A stretch of 64,000 nucleotides of DNA from Planctomycetota bacterium. GTDB taxonomy: Bacteria > Planctomycetota > PLA2 > JAEUHO01. The translations under genes and the position numbers were made by a program. Where the stretch lies: assembly GCA_965222115.1 (NCBI GenBank), contig CBDCTJ010000005.1, positions 64,001 to 128,000 of the forward strand, given 5' to 3'. The notes below the pieces were generated by a model. The model saw only the letters and a list, made by a program, of their open reading frames with translations, was not told the DNA's origin and made no database searches. Within the stretch, counting starts at the first letter, position 1; each line of letters starts with the position of its first letter. This document shows, one piece after another, positions 1-11,600 of the stretch.

Positions 1-141
1 CACGTCGCGCCACGTATCGCCCGTCACGGCAACCGACACAGCGGTCACATTGCCTGCACGAACGCACGCAAGGATAGCCGCATCACTTTCGGCGCAAAAT
101 CCAGCGTCATCCGCACATACAACAATGCGCGGCATGTTCAT
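1..141 (-). CDS. YdjC/ChbG/HpnK-family carbohydrate deacetylase, N-terminal part only (runs off window start)
   Basis: Not in ORF track. My translation from ATG at 141 gives [39 protein letters not shown], matching the YdjC N-terminal pattern (LIVNADDFG...GI...G.VTS.S). Start overlaps the methyltransferase stop (ATGA). Confidence 0.7.
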   Translation of the reverse strand, partial: MNMPRIVVCADDAGFCAESDAAILACVRAGNVTAVSVAVTGDTWRDV

Positions 142-1031
142 CGTCGTGTTGCTTTCCACACGCAACCCATCACGCCTTCGCGCTCGCCATCTCGAACGAG
201 ATAGCTTTCGCCCTTGTCGGCCCGAGTTCGCCACGCAGATCGCATGGGGAGATACTCCGTTTCTCCGAACCAGCGCACTTTCCACGACATGAGTGTGAGG
301 TCGTAACGCTCGCCGTAGGCCTTCAATAACTCGGGCGCTGGAAGTGAATGAAGAAACGCCAACACACGGCCCGCAGGATTGAGGTGGGACGCGGCGCCCA
401 TGAACAACGGACGATGATGGGCACGCCCGCCCGCGCCCCCATGCTGCGACACCGGAAGCACGTCGTGCGGCGCAGCAGGCTTGTGAGGAAGATTGGCGAC
501 GATCATGTCGGCTCGTTCGGCGGGGCCAAAGGGCTCAAGCACTGAACCATCTCGAAACTCGATCTCAACGTCGGCACGCGCGGCATTGATGCGCGCCAAC
601 TCAAGTGCGGAGGAACTGACATCGGTCGCAATCACCCGCACGCCTTGATGTGCTGCCCAAATGGCGAGCAGCCCCGTGCCGCAGCCAATCTCCCAAAGTG
701 ACGAAAACGGAGCGACGCGCGCCTCACGTTCCAGCGCAGCCAAGACATCCATGGTCGCGTGATCGGCGGCCACGGCCCCCGCCACATTGCGCGCCTCGAC
801 TACCTCGCGTGTACCAGACCGAAAAATCGAGACCGACTCCGCGTCACGCCCGAGGGGCCCAACGAAATCGTCGCGCCGCACGAGGTCGTCAGCGACCGCA
901 AAATCGACGTCGCAGCGACGCAGAAAGTGAATGTACTCATTCATCGATTGGTGAGTATCGGCATAGGAACGGGGCGTCCAGCGGAAACCGTAGGCACGTT
1001 CGGGATGATCGATAGATCCGCTCTGCAGCAT
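138..1031 (-). CDS. Class I SAM-dependent methyltransferase (HemK/PrmC-like)
   Basis: Motif I WEIGCGTG, acidic IATDVS, DGSVLEP, and motif IV variant DMIVANLPH (NPPY equivalent). Confidence 0.8.
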   Translation of the reverse strand: MLQSGSIDHPERAYGFRWTPRSYADTHQSMNEYIHFLRRCDVDFAVADDLVRRDDFVGPLGRDAESVSIFRSGTREVVEARNVAGAVAADHATMDVLAALEREARVAPFSSLWEIGCGTGLLAIWAAHQGVRVIATDVSSSALELARINAARADVEIEFRDGSVLEPFGPAERADMIVANLPHKPAAPHDVLPVSQHGGAGGRAHHRPLFMGAASHLNPAGRVLAFLHSLPAPELLKAYGERYDLTLMSWKVRWFGETEYLPMRSAWRTRADKGESYLVRDGEREGVMGCVWKATRR

Positions 1032-1313
1032 CGACAGAGGCTACAGCGGCCCTTGGTGCGCCGGCGGTGTTCCCATGCGTCCAATCGGGCGACGAACCTA
1101 TCCCCAAATGGTTGCGGAAGGACGCCATTCAAGTGCGGCGCAGGCAATTCAGCGCTCCGCGCGGGAGGCGGGTCTCAGATCTCTCCCTTGGCCCCGGGCA
1201 GCGCACCGCCATGCCCTCGGGTCGTGGTTCAATGCCTCGAATTCGCCGGAGGTCGGCATGGCCCTTCCTCGTCCCCGCGAATTTGTCCCCTAACGAACAC
1301 GTGGAGACCCCGC

Positions 1314-2387
<1,074 letters not shown>

Positions 2388-3287
2388 AGTCCTCGACAGG
2401 ATTTCGAGCCTGGAACTCAAGGCTCGGCTGATTGTCGAAGGCTATGTATCGGGGCTCCACCGAAGTCCGTTTCACGGATTCTCGGTCGAGTTTGCTGAAC
2501 ACCGGGAATACGTCCCCGGTGACGACATTCGCTTTCTGGACTGGAAGGTCTACGGCAAGACCGACCGGCTCTATGTGAAGCGATTCGAAGAAGAAACCAA
2601 CCTCGAAGCCCACCTCGTGGTCGACGTCTCCGCGTCGATGGCCTACGGCAATCATCGCGAAGTCAAATCCAAGCGCACGCTCGGTCGCAGCAAGTTTGAG
2701 TACGCCCGTCGCATGGCCGCGGCACTCGCCTATTTGATTACGCAACAGCAAGACGCAGCCGGGCTCGTGCTCTTTGACTCCGCGGTGCGAAAGAAGTTGC
2801 CCGCGCTCAACAACCCGGCCCACTTCGCACACATTATCTCCGAACTTGAGAAGGCCGAACCCGCTGAAGATACCGGCATTGCGCGCGCATTGGCTGAAGC
2901 CGGGGAAGCCATCCGCCGCCGCGGTCTCGTCGTGCTGATCTCCGATTTGATGGACGACGGCAAAGAGGTGTTGCGCGGTCTCAAACGCGTGCGCCATCGC
3001 GGGCATGAAGTGCTGTTGGTTCATGTACTTGATCAAGACGAAGTAAACTTTCCGTTCGAACGCCTGTCGCGCTTCGAAGGCATGGAAGATGATCGCCGGC
3101 TCACCCTCGACCCGGTGGCGCTTCGCAATGCTTATCTGGAGGAAGTGCGCGGATTCCAAAAACGGCTGCGCAAGGTGTGTCTAGCCAATCGCATTGATCT
3201 TGTGGAGATCACCACCGCCGATTCTATGTCGATCACACTGGCCGCGTATCTCGCCAAACGCGCGGCGCGTGCGAGGAAGCGCGCCTA

Positions 3288-5825
3288 ATGGTTCTCGCCG
3301 CACTCATCAACGGAAGCCTACTCTTATGGGGCGCAGCCCTGGCCTCCGTACCGATCATTATTCACCTCTTGAGCAAGCGCAAGGTGCGTCGCGTCAAGTG
3401 GGCCGCCATGCACTGGCTCGAAGCGGCCATGAAGCGCCATCAGCGGCGCCTCAAGCTAGAGAACTGGTTGATCTTGGCCCTGCGCGTGGCCGCCATCGCA
3501 TTGCTTGGCCTCGCCTTGGCACGCCCGGTACTCACCGACTCGTCGCTTGCAGGCGCTCTGGGCAATAAACGAAGCGTCTACCTGATCGTAGACAACTCAC
3601 TGAGTACCGAGGCCAAGGTGGACGCACGTTCCGTGTTTGAACGCGTCAAACACGAGAGCGACCTCATTCTCAAGAACCTCAACAAGGACGACTCGATCGC
3701 CGTCATCGTGACCAATCATCCCTACGAGGAAGCCAGCGACGGACTGGATCCGTTCGTGCTTATTCCGCGCAGCGTCGGTGGGAAATCGGTCGAGCGTGCA
3801 CGCGAAGCGCTCGCCTCGCTCCGTTCGCGACAGGCACCAGCCCGTTGGAGTGATGCACTTCGGCGCGTGCAGGCACAAACCACATTGGCCGATGTCAATC
3901 GACAGATCTTTGTGGTCACCGACTTGCAAGCGGGCGACTGGCTGCGCGCGCCGCGCGAAGTATCCGACGGGCCGTCCGATCCCGGTACGACACGTGACGG
4001 CTCCTCCAGCGCGGGAGAAGGTTCGGCGTCATCCACTGGCGACGCAACCCGAGTCAGTCAGCGACTTGAAGATCTCATCCGCTTGCCCTCAAGCATTCGC
4101 GTGATCAATGTGGGTGGCAAGGATCGGCGCAATATGACGGTCGCAGGTGTCTCCCTTCGCGAAGCACAAGACCCATTCATCGGACGACCCCTTCATCTCG
4201 CCGTGGAGGTCGCCAATCACGGCGCCAAACCTGTTCGGGGCGCAACGCTTGAGGTGTACGTCGACGATCAAGGCACCCGGCGACTGGTCAACATTCCCGA
4301 CCTTCCTGCCGCCGACGCCGGACTGCGCATTCCCAAGCCGGCAAGGGAAACCGTGCACGTTTCGTTGCCGCGCGACACGTTTGAAGACGACGGCACACAC
4401 ACGGTGCGCGTGGTGGTGTCACCGCCACGCGAAGACGCCGCGGCGGATAGCTTGGGAGCCGACAGCACACGCTACGCATCCTTCCAAGTGCGGCGTCGCA
4501 TTCGTGTGCTCGCATGGACACGCGACAGTAGTAGCAACGCATCCTTTCGCGCCGAGCGATACCTTGAGGGTATTTACGCGGGGAGTGATCCCAGCGAAGG
4601 CGGCATTCCACTAACCGGGGGGCTATACGGCTTCGAACACGTAGAACAGGAGTCGATGCTGCAACAGGCGCTTCGCGAACGAGACGCTTCGCCCATCGAT
4701 CTCATTGTGCTCGCCAATGTTGCGGTGAGTGATTCTCGCACCGCCCGCGCATTGGCCGACTTTGTGCGTTCCGGCGGTGGCCTGCTCGTGTTCACCGGCA
4801 ATCGCCTTGAAGACCCCGCGCAACTCAACACCGTGTTTCACGATGTGGACGACGATCAGCGATTGCTTCCATACCCTGTCGCAGAAGCCGAGTTGAAAGA
4901 TCGCGGCGGCAGCGAAACGGCGTGGACGTTTGACCTAAGCGAACGCGAGGCGCCCCACCCGGTTGCCGCGCCGTTTACTAACTTCGATCCGGTATCGAAT
5001 ATCGATCCCGCGGACTGGATCAAGAAAATGCCGCCCGAGATTTGGGGTCGCACGCCATTCGTTGTGCCGGAGCAACCCAAAGGATCCGACGCGCCTTCGC
5101 CCGAGGACCTGCCGAACAATAACGAGGCCGATGTTCTTGCCGCGCGAAACAAGGTCGTGCTCCGTTTCAATGACGGCAAACCTGCCATCGTGTCAACGCA
5201 CGTGGGCGAAGGACGCGCCATTTGGGTGGGTACAAGCCTCGATAACGGCTGGCTCGCGCAGACCGCGTTGTTCTTGGCACCGTTCCTCGAAGAGTCGGCG
5301 CTCTACCTCACCAAACCAGCCGATCGCGGTCGCAACGTCACGGTGGGTCAACGCCTGCGCATCAATGTTCCCGCCGACGCACGGCAAGTTCGCTTGTCGC
5401 TTCCCAAGGGCGGACAGGCCCCCCTCACACGCATCGGCAAGGAAGACGAAAACGCCGCGCGCGCCGAGTTCGATCCCGATGTGGTGGGCACGGCGGGCCG
5501 TTGGGACTTGACGTACGAGCGCACAATGCCCTCCGGCGAAATGCGCAAGATTCGCGACTCGTTCTCTGTCAATGTCGATGCGTCGGAAGGCGCACTCTTG
5601 CCCGCCTCGTCGTCGGCGATTACGTCGGGACTTCCCGACGAAACCGACATTGCGTTTTCCACTAGCTACGGATCCGAAGAGAAGGCCGAAGACAACGCAC
5701 GCGAAGGCGAGATCACGCGCATTTTGTTGTGGATCTTGCTGGGACTCTTGGTGTTGGAGTCGATTCTTGCCATGCGCTTTGGACGTCGATCAACGGCGCC
5801 CGCCGGCGATGCGCCAAGCACATAA
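3288..5825 (+). CDS. BatA/N-terminal double-TM domain plus vWA membrane protein
   Basis: N-terminal PIIIHLL...W.AM.WL...LLALRVAAIALLGLALARP (BatA N-terminal domain), DNSLS and TDLQ vWA motifs, C-terminal TM LLVLESILA; TAATG overlap with DUF58. Confidence 0.85.
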   Translation: MVLAALINGSLLLWGAALASVPIIIHLLSKRKVRRVKWAAMHWLEAAMKRHQRRLKLENWLILALRVAAIALLGLALARPVLTDSSLAGALGNKRSVYLIVDNSLSTEAKVDARSVFERVKHESDLILKNLNKDDSIAVIVTNHPYEEASDGLDPFVLIPRSVGGKSVERAREALASLRSRQAPARWSDALRRVQAQTTLADVNRQIFVVTDLQAGDWLRAPREVSDGPSDPGTTRDGSSSAGEGSASSTGDATRVSQRLEDLIRLPSSIRVINVGGKDRRNMTVAGVSLREAQDPFIGRPLHLAVEVANHGAKPVRGATLEVYVDDQGTRRLVNIPDLPAADAGLRIPKPARETVHVSLPRDTFEDDGTHTVRVVVSPPREDAAADSLGADSTRYASFQVRRRIRVLAWTRDSSSNASFRAERYLEGIYAGSDPSEGGIPLTGGLYGFEHVEQESMLQQALRERDASPIDLIVLANVAVSDSRTARALADFVRSGGGLLVFTGNRLEDPAQLNTVFHDVDDDQRLLPYPVAEAELKDRGGSETAWTFDLSEREAPHPVAAPFTNFDPVSNIDPADWIKKMPPEIWGRTPFVVPEQPKGSDAPSPEDLPNNNEADVLAARNKVVLRFNDGKPAIVSTHVGEGRAIWVGTSLDNGWLAQTALFLAPFLEESALYLTKPADRGRNVTVGQRLRINVPADARQVRLSLPKGGQAPLTRIGKEDENAARAEFDPDVVGTAGRWDLTYERTMPSGEMRKIRDSFSVNVDASEGALLPASSSAITSGLPDETDIAFSTSYGSEEKAEDNAREGEITRILLWILLGLLVLESILAMRFGRRSTAPAGDAPST

Positions 5826-5890
5826 CCCCCGTAACGTTTGTCGTATTTGGAGCAAAGGCTCCTTCACTCAACTACAGGAACCTAGGCCTC

Positions 5891-8605
5891 ATGAATGGCA
5901 GCCCCTTCCTACGAGCCGTAGACAGTTCGTTTCTGGGCGCCCGCGTGGAAACGGGCCCCTGGCAATGGGCCAATATGCCGCCCGCCTGGTTGCTTGCTCT
6001 GCTCGTAATTGTCGGCTTTCTTGGCATACGTTCGATTTACGCCCAGGAACGTGGCAAGGCCACGCCGCTGGGCCGTTTCTTTCTCGCCTGTTTGCGCACC
6101 ATCAGTTTGATCCTGATCTTCTTGGTGTTGGCGGGGCCGTATCGCGAAGAGCGCACCACCATGACCGAACGCTCCCACCTCGTGGTGCTCGTTGACTCGA
6201 GTGCAAGCATGGCGGTCAAGGACAGTTATCCTGAAGAACAGGCCGAGAAGTTGCTCGCGGCTGCGTTTCCAAACAGTGCGGATCGCCCCCGGGAACTCGA
6301 CCTGAGTCGCGGCGAATTGGTCAAGAAGGTGCTCACGGCGGGCGACGGGAGCGCCCTGACTACGTGGAACGAGCGGTTCGTGCTTCACACCTTCGCGTTT
6401 GATAGCGATTGGCGAAGTCTTGGCTCCACCGAATTGAAACGCGGCGCCGATGGTGCATCGGGTGACGACACCTCCGACGAAGGCGCGCCTGACGCAATCA
6501 AATCCATGCGCGAGAAGATCCTTGCTACGCCCATGGACGGTGGACGTACGCGACTGGGTGCGGTCCTTCGAAACGTGGCCAACGAATTTGCGCGCAGGCA
6601 AGACCAAGACTTGGCCGGCGTGATTCTCATCAGTGATGGCCGGGACACGAGCGACGGTGAGGCGCCCACGGAAGTGCTCGCCTCCCTCGGCGCCTTGCAA
6701 GAAGCGCTCAAAGTGACGGCGGTGGGCGTGGGCAATCCCGCCAGTGGCAAGAATCTCTGGCTCGAACGCGTGCGTGCGAAGGAGGTCGTGCTTGTTCGCG
6801 ATGAAGTCATCTTCGAATCGGCTCTTCGCCACACGGGCTTTGATGGCGCACCCGTGCAGGTCTCCATGAAGGTCGAGCAAGTAGCCGATGCCAAAGGCAA
6901 TGCGATCGAACCCCGTGAATACAAGTTGCCAAGTAAAGCTCTCAAACACGCCCGCGCCGACATTGACGCCCTCGGCGTAGGTGACGAATCCACGCCGGTC
7001 CGTCTGCGCGCGCCCTTTGATCGCGCGGGCACGTTTCGGGTGACGCTCAAAGCGCGGCTTCGAGACGATGTGGATCGCCGCGCCGATTCGGTTCCGGAAG
7101 ACGACACGAGTGTGCACGAGTTGCGCGTGATCGATCAGCGCATCAAAGTTCTCTTTGTGGACCACCGCCCGCGGCGCGACTGGCGTTTCCTCTCCGACTA
7201 CCTCACGCGCGAGCCCCCCGACACGTTGGTGGGCGACGACGGCCCGTCCAAAGGGCGCTTCCAAGTGCACGTGTTGATGCAGTTGGCCGACCCGTCGTTC
7301 CGCCAACCGTCAAGTCCGGGTGAGCGACCCATTCGCGCATTTCCGCGCACGCGTTCCGAGCTCTTTCAATACGACGTCATCATTTGGGGTGACGTGAAGT
7401 GGAATACGCTCGCACCATCGACGGAAGCGTGTCGTGAAATCCTGCAACTCGTGACCGATTTTGTGGATGAGGGCGGCGGCGTCGTGCTCCAGGCCGGCAC
7501 CGACAACAATCCCATTGAGTACCTCAATACACCGCTAGCGCAGTTGTTGCCCATCACGGTGCGCCGCAGCGACATCGCCGGCGATGAAGACTTGACCAAA
7601 CCGTTTCGATTGGACCTAACCGCCGCGGGCGCGGCACATCCAATCTTTCGCGTCGTGGAAGCTATGGACGGTGGCGTCCCGTCACCGGAACGCGTGGCCC
7701 AAGTGTGGCGCGGCGAAGACCCAACGTCAGAAAACTGGATGTGGTACTGGATGTATCGCGCGCGCGGCGGTTTGCGTCCCGGCGCACTGGATCTCGCCCG
7801 CATTCGGCCCGGCGGTCGCACCGATTTGAAAGACGACCGTGGGCGCCCACTCGTTGCCTTTGCAACGATGAACTACGGCAAGGGCAAAGTCTTTTGGTCG
7901 TCGCTCGACACGGTGTCGCGCATTCGCGACGGCCAGGGCAACCGCGTGTACGGCCCGTTCTGGGAACAGGTCATTCGCTACCTCGCAACCTACCGGCTGC
8001 TCGGCGGCAACAAGCGCTTCAAGATCTTCACCGACAAAGAGAGCTACTTCGTGGGAGAAACCGCCAACGTCACGTTTACGGCCCTTGATCAATACTACGA
8101 GCCGCTCGAAGACGACATGCTCGACGGGGTACACATTGAACGCGTCGACAAGGGGATGGTGCTTAGCAGCAAGGCGCTTGAGGGCGATCGACGACCCGAG
8201 AGTTTGCGCGATGAAGGTATTCCCGGCAGCTACCGCCTCTTGCTGCCGCTCCGTCAACCGGGCACCGTGCGTATCTTCATTGATCGTAGCGATGAAGCGG
8301 GACGCGGCGAACGCGCCGAGCGACGCATTCAAGTCAACTTCCGTGCCAAAGAAGACATCTTAAAGGTGCCCGATCACGAGCAACTGCGCGAAATCATGCG
8401 CGCGACCCATGGCAAGGGCGTGGAACCCAAGTTGCTTGCGCTTCACGAACTGAACGATTTCGTCGCCACCATGAAGACGCAGCCCCGCGAAAAGGTACTT
8501 GACCGCAAGGAAGAGACGCAGTGGGACAACTTATGGACGCTACTCCTCGCGGTGGCGCTGTTGGCGTTGGAATGGGCGCTGCGCAAGCGCTGGCAGATGG
8601 TGTAG
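5891..8605 (+). CDS. vWA plus glutamine-amidotransferase-like domain membrane protein of the MoxR cluster
   Basis: Two N-terminal TMs, DSSASM...ISDGRD MIDAS motifs, ELFQYDVIIWGD, GKGKVFW, C-terminal LALEWALRKRW. Start ATG 5891 preferred over GTG 5729, which overlaps the upstream gene. Confidence 0.82.
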   Translation: MNGSPFLRAVDSSFLGARVETGPWQWANMPPAWLLALLVIVGFLGIRSIYAQERGKATPLGRFFLACLRTISLILIFLVLAGPYREERTTMTERSHLVVLVDSSASMAVKDSYPEEQAEKLLAAAFPNSADRPRELDLSRGELVKKVLTAGDGSALTTWNERFVLHTFAFDSDWRSLGSTELKRGADGASGDDTSDEGAPDAIKSMREKILATPMDGGRTRLGAVLRNVANEFARRQDQDLAGVILISDGRDTSDGEAPTEVLASLGALQEALKVTAVGVGNPASGKNLWLERVRAKEVVLVRDEVIFESALRHTGFDGAPVQVSMKVEQVADAKGNAIEPREYKLPSKALKHARADIDALGVGDESTPVRLRAPFDRAGTFRVTLKARLRDDVDRRADSVPEDDTSVHELRVIDQRIKVLFVDHRPRRDWRFLSDYLTREPPDTLVGDDGPSKGRFQVHVLMQLADPSFRQPSSPGERPIRAFPRTRSELFQYDVIIWGDVKWNTLAPSTEACREILQLVTDFVDEGGGVVLQAGTDNNPIEYLNTPLAQLLPITVRRSDIAGDEDLTKPFRLDLTAAGAAHPIFRVVEAMDGGVPSPERVAQVWRGEDPTSENWMWYWMYRARGGLRPGALDLARIRPGGRTDLKDDRGRPLVAFATMNYGKGKVFWSSLDTVSRIRDGQGNRVYGPFWEQVIRYLATYRLLGGNKRFKIFTDKESYFVGETANVTFTALDQYYEPLEDDMLDGVHIERVDKGMVLSSKALEGDRRPESLRDEGIPGSYRLLLPLRQPGTVRIFIDRSDEAGRGERAERRIQVNFRAKEDILKVPDHEQLREIMRATHGKGVEPKLLALHELNDFVATMKTQPREKVLDRKEETQWDNLWTLLLAVALLALEWALRKRWQMV

Positions 8606-8614
8606 TCTCTCGTC

Positions 8615-11600
8615 ATGCGATATGTCTTCGGTCGAGATCGTACGTCGAAAAGCCGCATGCTCATTCGACGTCGCGTCGTGCTACTCGGTGTTGTTGTAGG
8701 CATCGCACTTGGTGCTTCCCACGTTCGTGCCAAGGATGACGAACTCGAACCCGCTGCCCTCGGCTTCCTGTTTGCGGTTCGCGATACGCCCGCAGCCCGG
8801 TTTACGTTGGAAGAAGCGCGCGATGCCCTAGAGGGCGGACGAACCGTGCAGGCGCTGCGCGCGATTCAACGCGTGCTCGACACGATGTCGAACGACTTCT
8901 ATCTCATGCCCGAGGAGTCGAGTCGCAAGTCGGTGTTATGGCGGAGTGCACCCGAAGTGGCGCGCAGCTTGCTCGAAGGCCTGTCGCCGCAGCATCGGCA
9001 AACGTATGCCAACATGACCGAGCCACAGGCAAAGCCGCTCTTTGAACGTGCGCTACGCGCTGGCAGTGAACACGACCTCAATGAGGTGCTTCGGAGGTTT
9101 GGCGCAAGTCCTGTGGGACTTCAAGCCGCGCGTTTGCTGGCCGAGCGCGCGTTGGGTGAGGGTCGTTGGCGCGATGCTGCCCGCGTTGCACGCGAAGGAC
9201 TGCGTTTCGCGCCAAAGGACGCTGGTCTATGGGCTCGGTTGCTCGATGCCGTTGGCAAGTTGGACAATCACCGCACACTCAAACGCATGCAGGCGCCTGA
9301 CGATGTCACGCTAGGGCTTCGCGGACGTTCGAGGACGGCCAAGGCCTATCTTGCGGAGCTGTTGAAGAAGAGCCATCGCAGCGCTGCGCTACGCGATTGG
9401 CCCACGCTGGCAGGCAACGCATCCAGGGATGCGGTCAACAGTCACATGCCGTCGCGTCCTTCGCATTTGCGTGCCCGCGAACGGATGGCATTCAAGTTAC
9501 GCGAAGACGATCCCCCCAATCGTCGTCGCAACTATGGGTTCATGTCCGGTGGACGCAGCAATGCATCGCTCAGCGCTCACCTAAAGACCTTTCGCCCCAT
9601 CTTTCCCGTCAACGAAGGCCGCAACGTCTATGCGTGTGACGGTCGCACGGTGCGCGCATTTGACCTCTACAGCGGCCGAAAACTGTGGCAGTTTGATGCG
9701 CGCCGTGCGCCGCGATCACTCAATGTGGTCGAGCCCCACGATGAAGCCCTGGGACGTACGAGTCTCGAACGTGTCTTTTCGCCCACCGTGGCAGGCGACA
9801 CGGTGGTTGCCACGCTGGAAGTGAAACGCCCCTACGAACGGCAACAGCTTCATAACGTGTCCATCACCACCTACCTCCCCCACCGTGTTGTCGTCGCACT
9901 CAACAAACACAGTGGCGCATTGCTATGGTCGATGGCCGACAAGGGACTCAGCCGACTGACCCTTGCCGACGAATCCGTCATTGCGCCAGTGGCGATCTCC
10001 GAGGGACTTGTGATCGCCGTGACAAGTCGCCACGAAGGCAATCACAACGTCTCCATGATGGCGTTTGATCTTCGCAGCGGCGAACTCCGTTGGCGCCGAT
10101 CCTTGGGAAGCGGGCAACAAGAACTCAACTTGTTTGGCTACCCCATCAAAGAACCCGCGGGAACTACGCTTGCCGTCGCGGACGGCGTGGCCTACGCATC
10201 ATCGGGTCTTGGATTTATCGCGGCGGTCGACATTCGAACCGGGGTACCACGCTGGCTCGCATCCTATGAGATTGACGAAATCGAACCGGTGCGGCATTGG
10301 TACACCGCGCCGCGGCGCACATTGCGCATGGCACCCTCGCCCGCCATTGTGCGCGGCGATGCGCTGATCGTGGCGGCCTCCGACGCGAAGCACGTACACG
10401 TGTATGACCGAAACTCCGGTGTCCTTCGCTGGCGTCACCCGTATGTGCGCGGTGGCATGCGCCGTGGATCATTGGGACAACTCATTGGTGTCGCCAACGA
10501 CGGCAAACAAGACGTCGTGCTCGTTAGCGACGCGAGACTGCGCGCGCTTGCACTCGACGGCGTGAATCAAGGCAAAGAAGTGTGGTGGGGCCGGTTCGAT
10601 CCAGAAGTTGCCCACGGCATCGGTCGCGGCGCCGTCGTCAAGAACGAAGTCTTGGTGCCAACGGTTGAGGGATTGCAGCGATTTTCATTGACTGGCCACG
10701 GCAAGTTCTTGGGTACGTCGCCTTGGCCCGCAGGCGCGGCACCGGGCAATGTGTTGGCGCTGAGTCACGTCCTTCTCATTAGCGGCTCAAACTCCATACA
10801 GTGGTTCTTTGACTGGAAGGACATTGAGCGCGACATAGCCACGCGCCGGCGCGAGCGCCCCAAAGATCCGTCGGTCTTGATCGAAGCGGGGGAGCTCTAC
10901 TTGCGCGGTGGCGGTGCCACCCAGCGAGCGCGCACCTCATTTACCGAGGCCCTGCGTATGCTCAAGGGCGCAGCCAACAAGTCGCTGGCGCGCCGGGCGG
11001 AAGAAGGGCTCTTTCGCGCATGGATGGACGACGCACGCAAGGTGCTGCCCACCAATCCGAAGAAGGCTCGCAAGCACTTTGCATCGGCCTTGAAGCATGC
11101 CAAGACGCCGCGAGACATTACCGAAGTGCGCCTGGCCCAGCATCAAGCGTTCCAAGGCAACTTCGACGCCCAGGCCGAGAACCTTCGCGCCTTGGCCGAC
11201 GCCGTAGGTGACGCGCGCGTATCCCTTCAACCGACCGACGCACCGATTCCGGTTCGAGCCTATGCATTGACTCAGTTGGCCGAACTATATCTCGGACGCG
11301 AAGACGACGATAAGGCCAATGCGAAAAGGGCCGTGGACGTATATCAAGAGATCATTCGACTCCACCCCAAGTCGGACGACGATGCCGACATGTGGAATGC
11401 GGAACTCGCGGCCGGCGCCATCGACGACGTGATCGATGAGTATGGGCGTGAGGTGTACGCTGCGCACGAACGCAAGGCGCAGGCGCTGCTGAAGAAGAGC
11501 GCAGTGGGTGGCGATCTCGATCAACTCGATCGATTGCTTCGAGAGTATCCCAATGCCAGCGCCGTATCCCAGGCCATGGTCAAGCGCGCCGAAATCCAAC

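Noticed and set aside
759-1313. 185-aa N-terminal extension of the MoxR ORF in the track
   Set aside because: Overlaps the - strand methyltransferase and has no MoxR-like sequence; ATG 1314 has an RBS.
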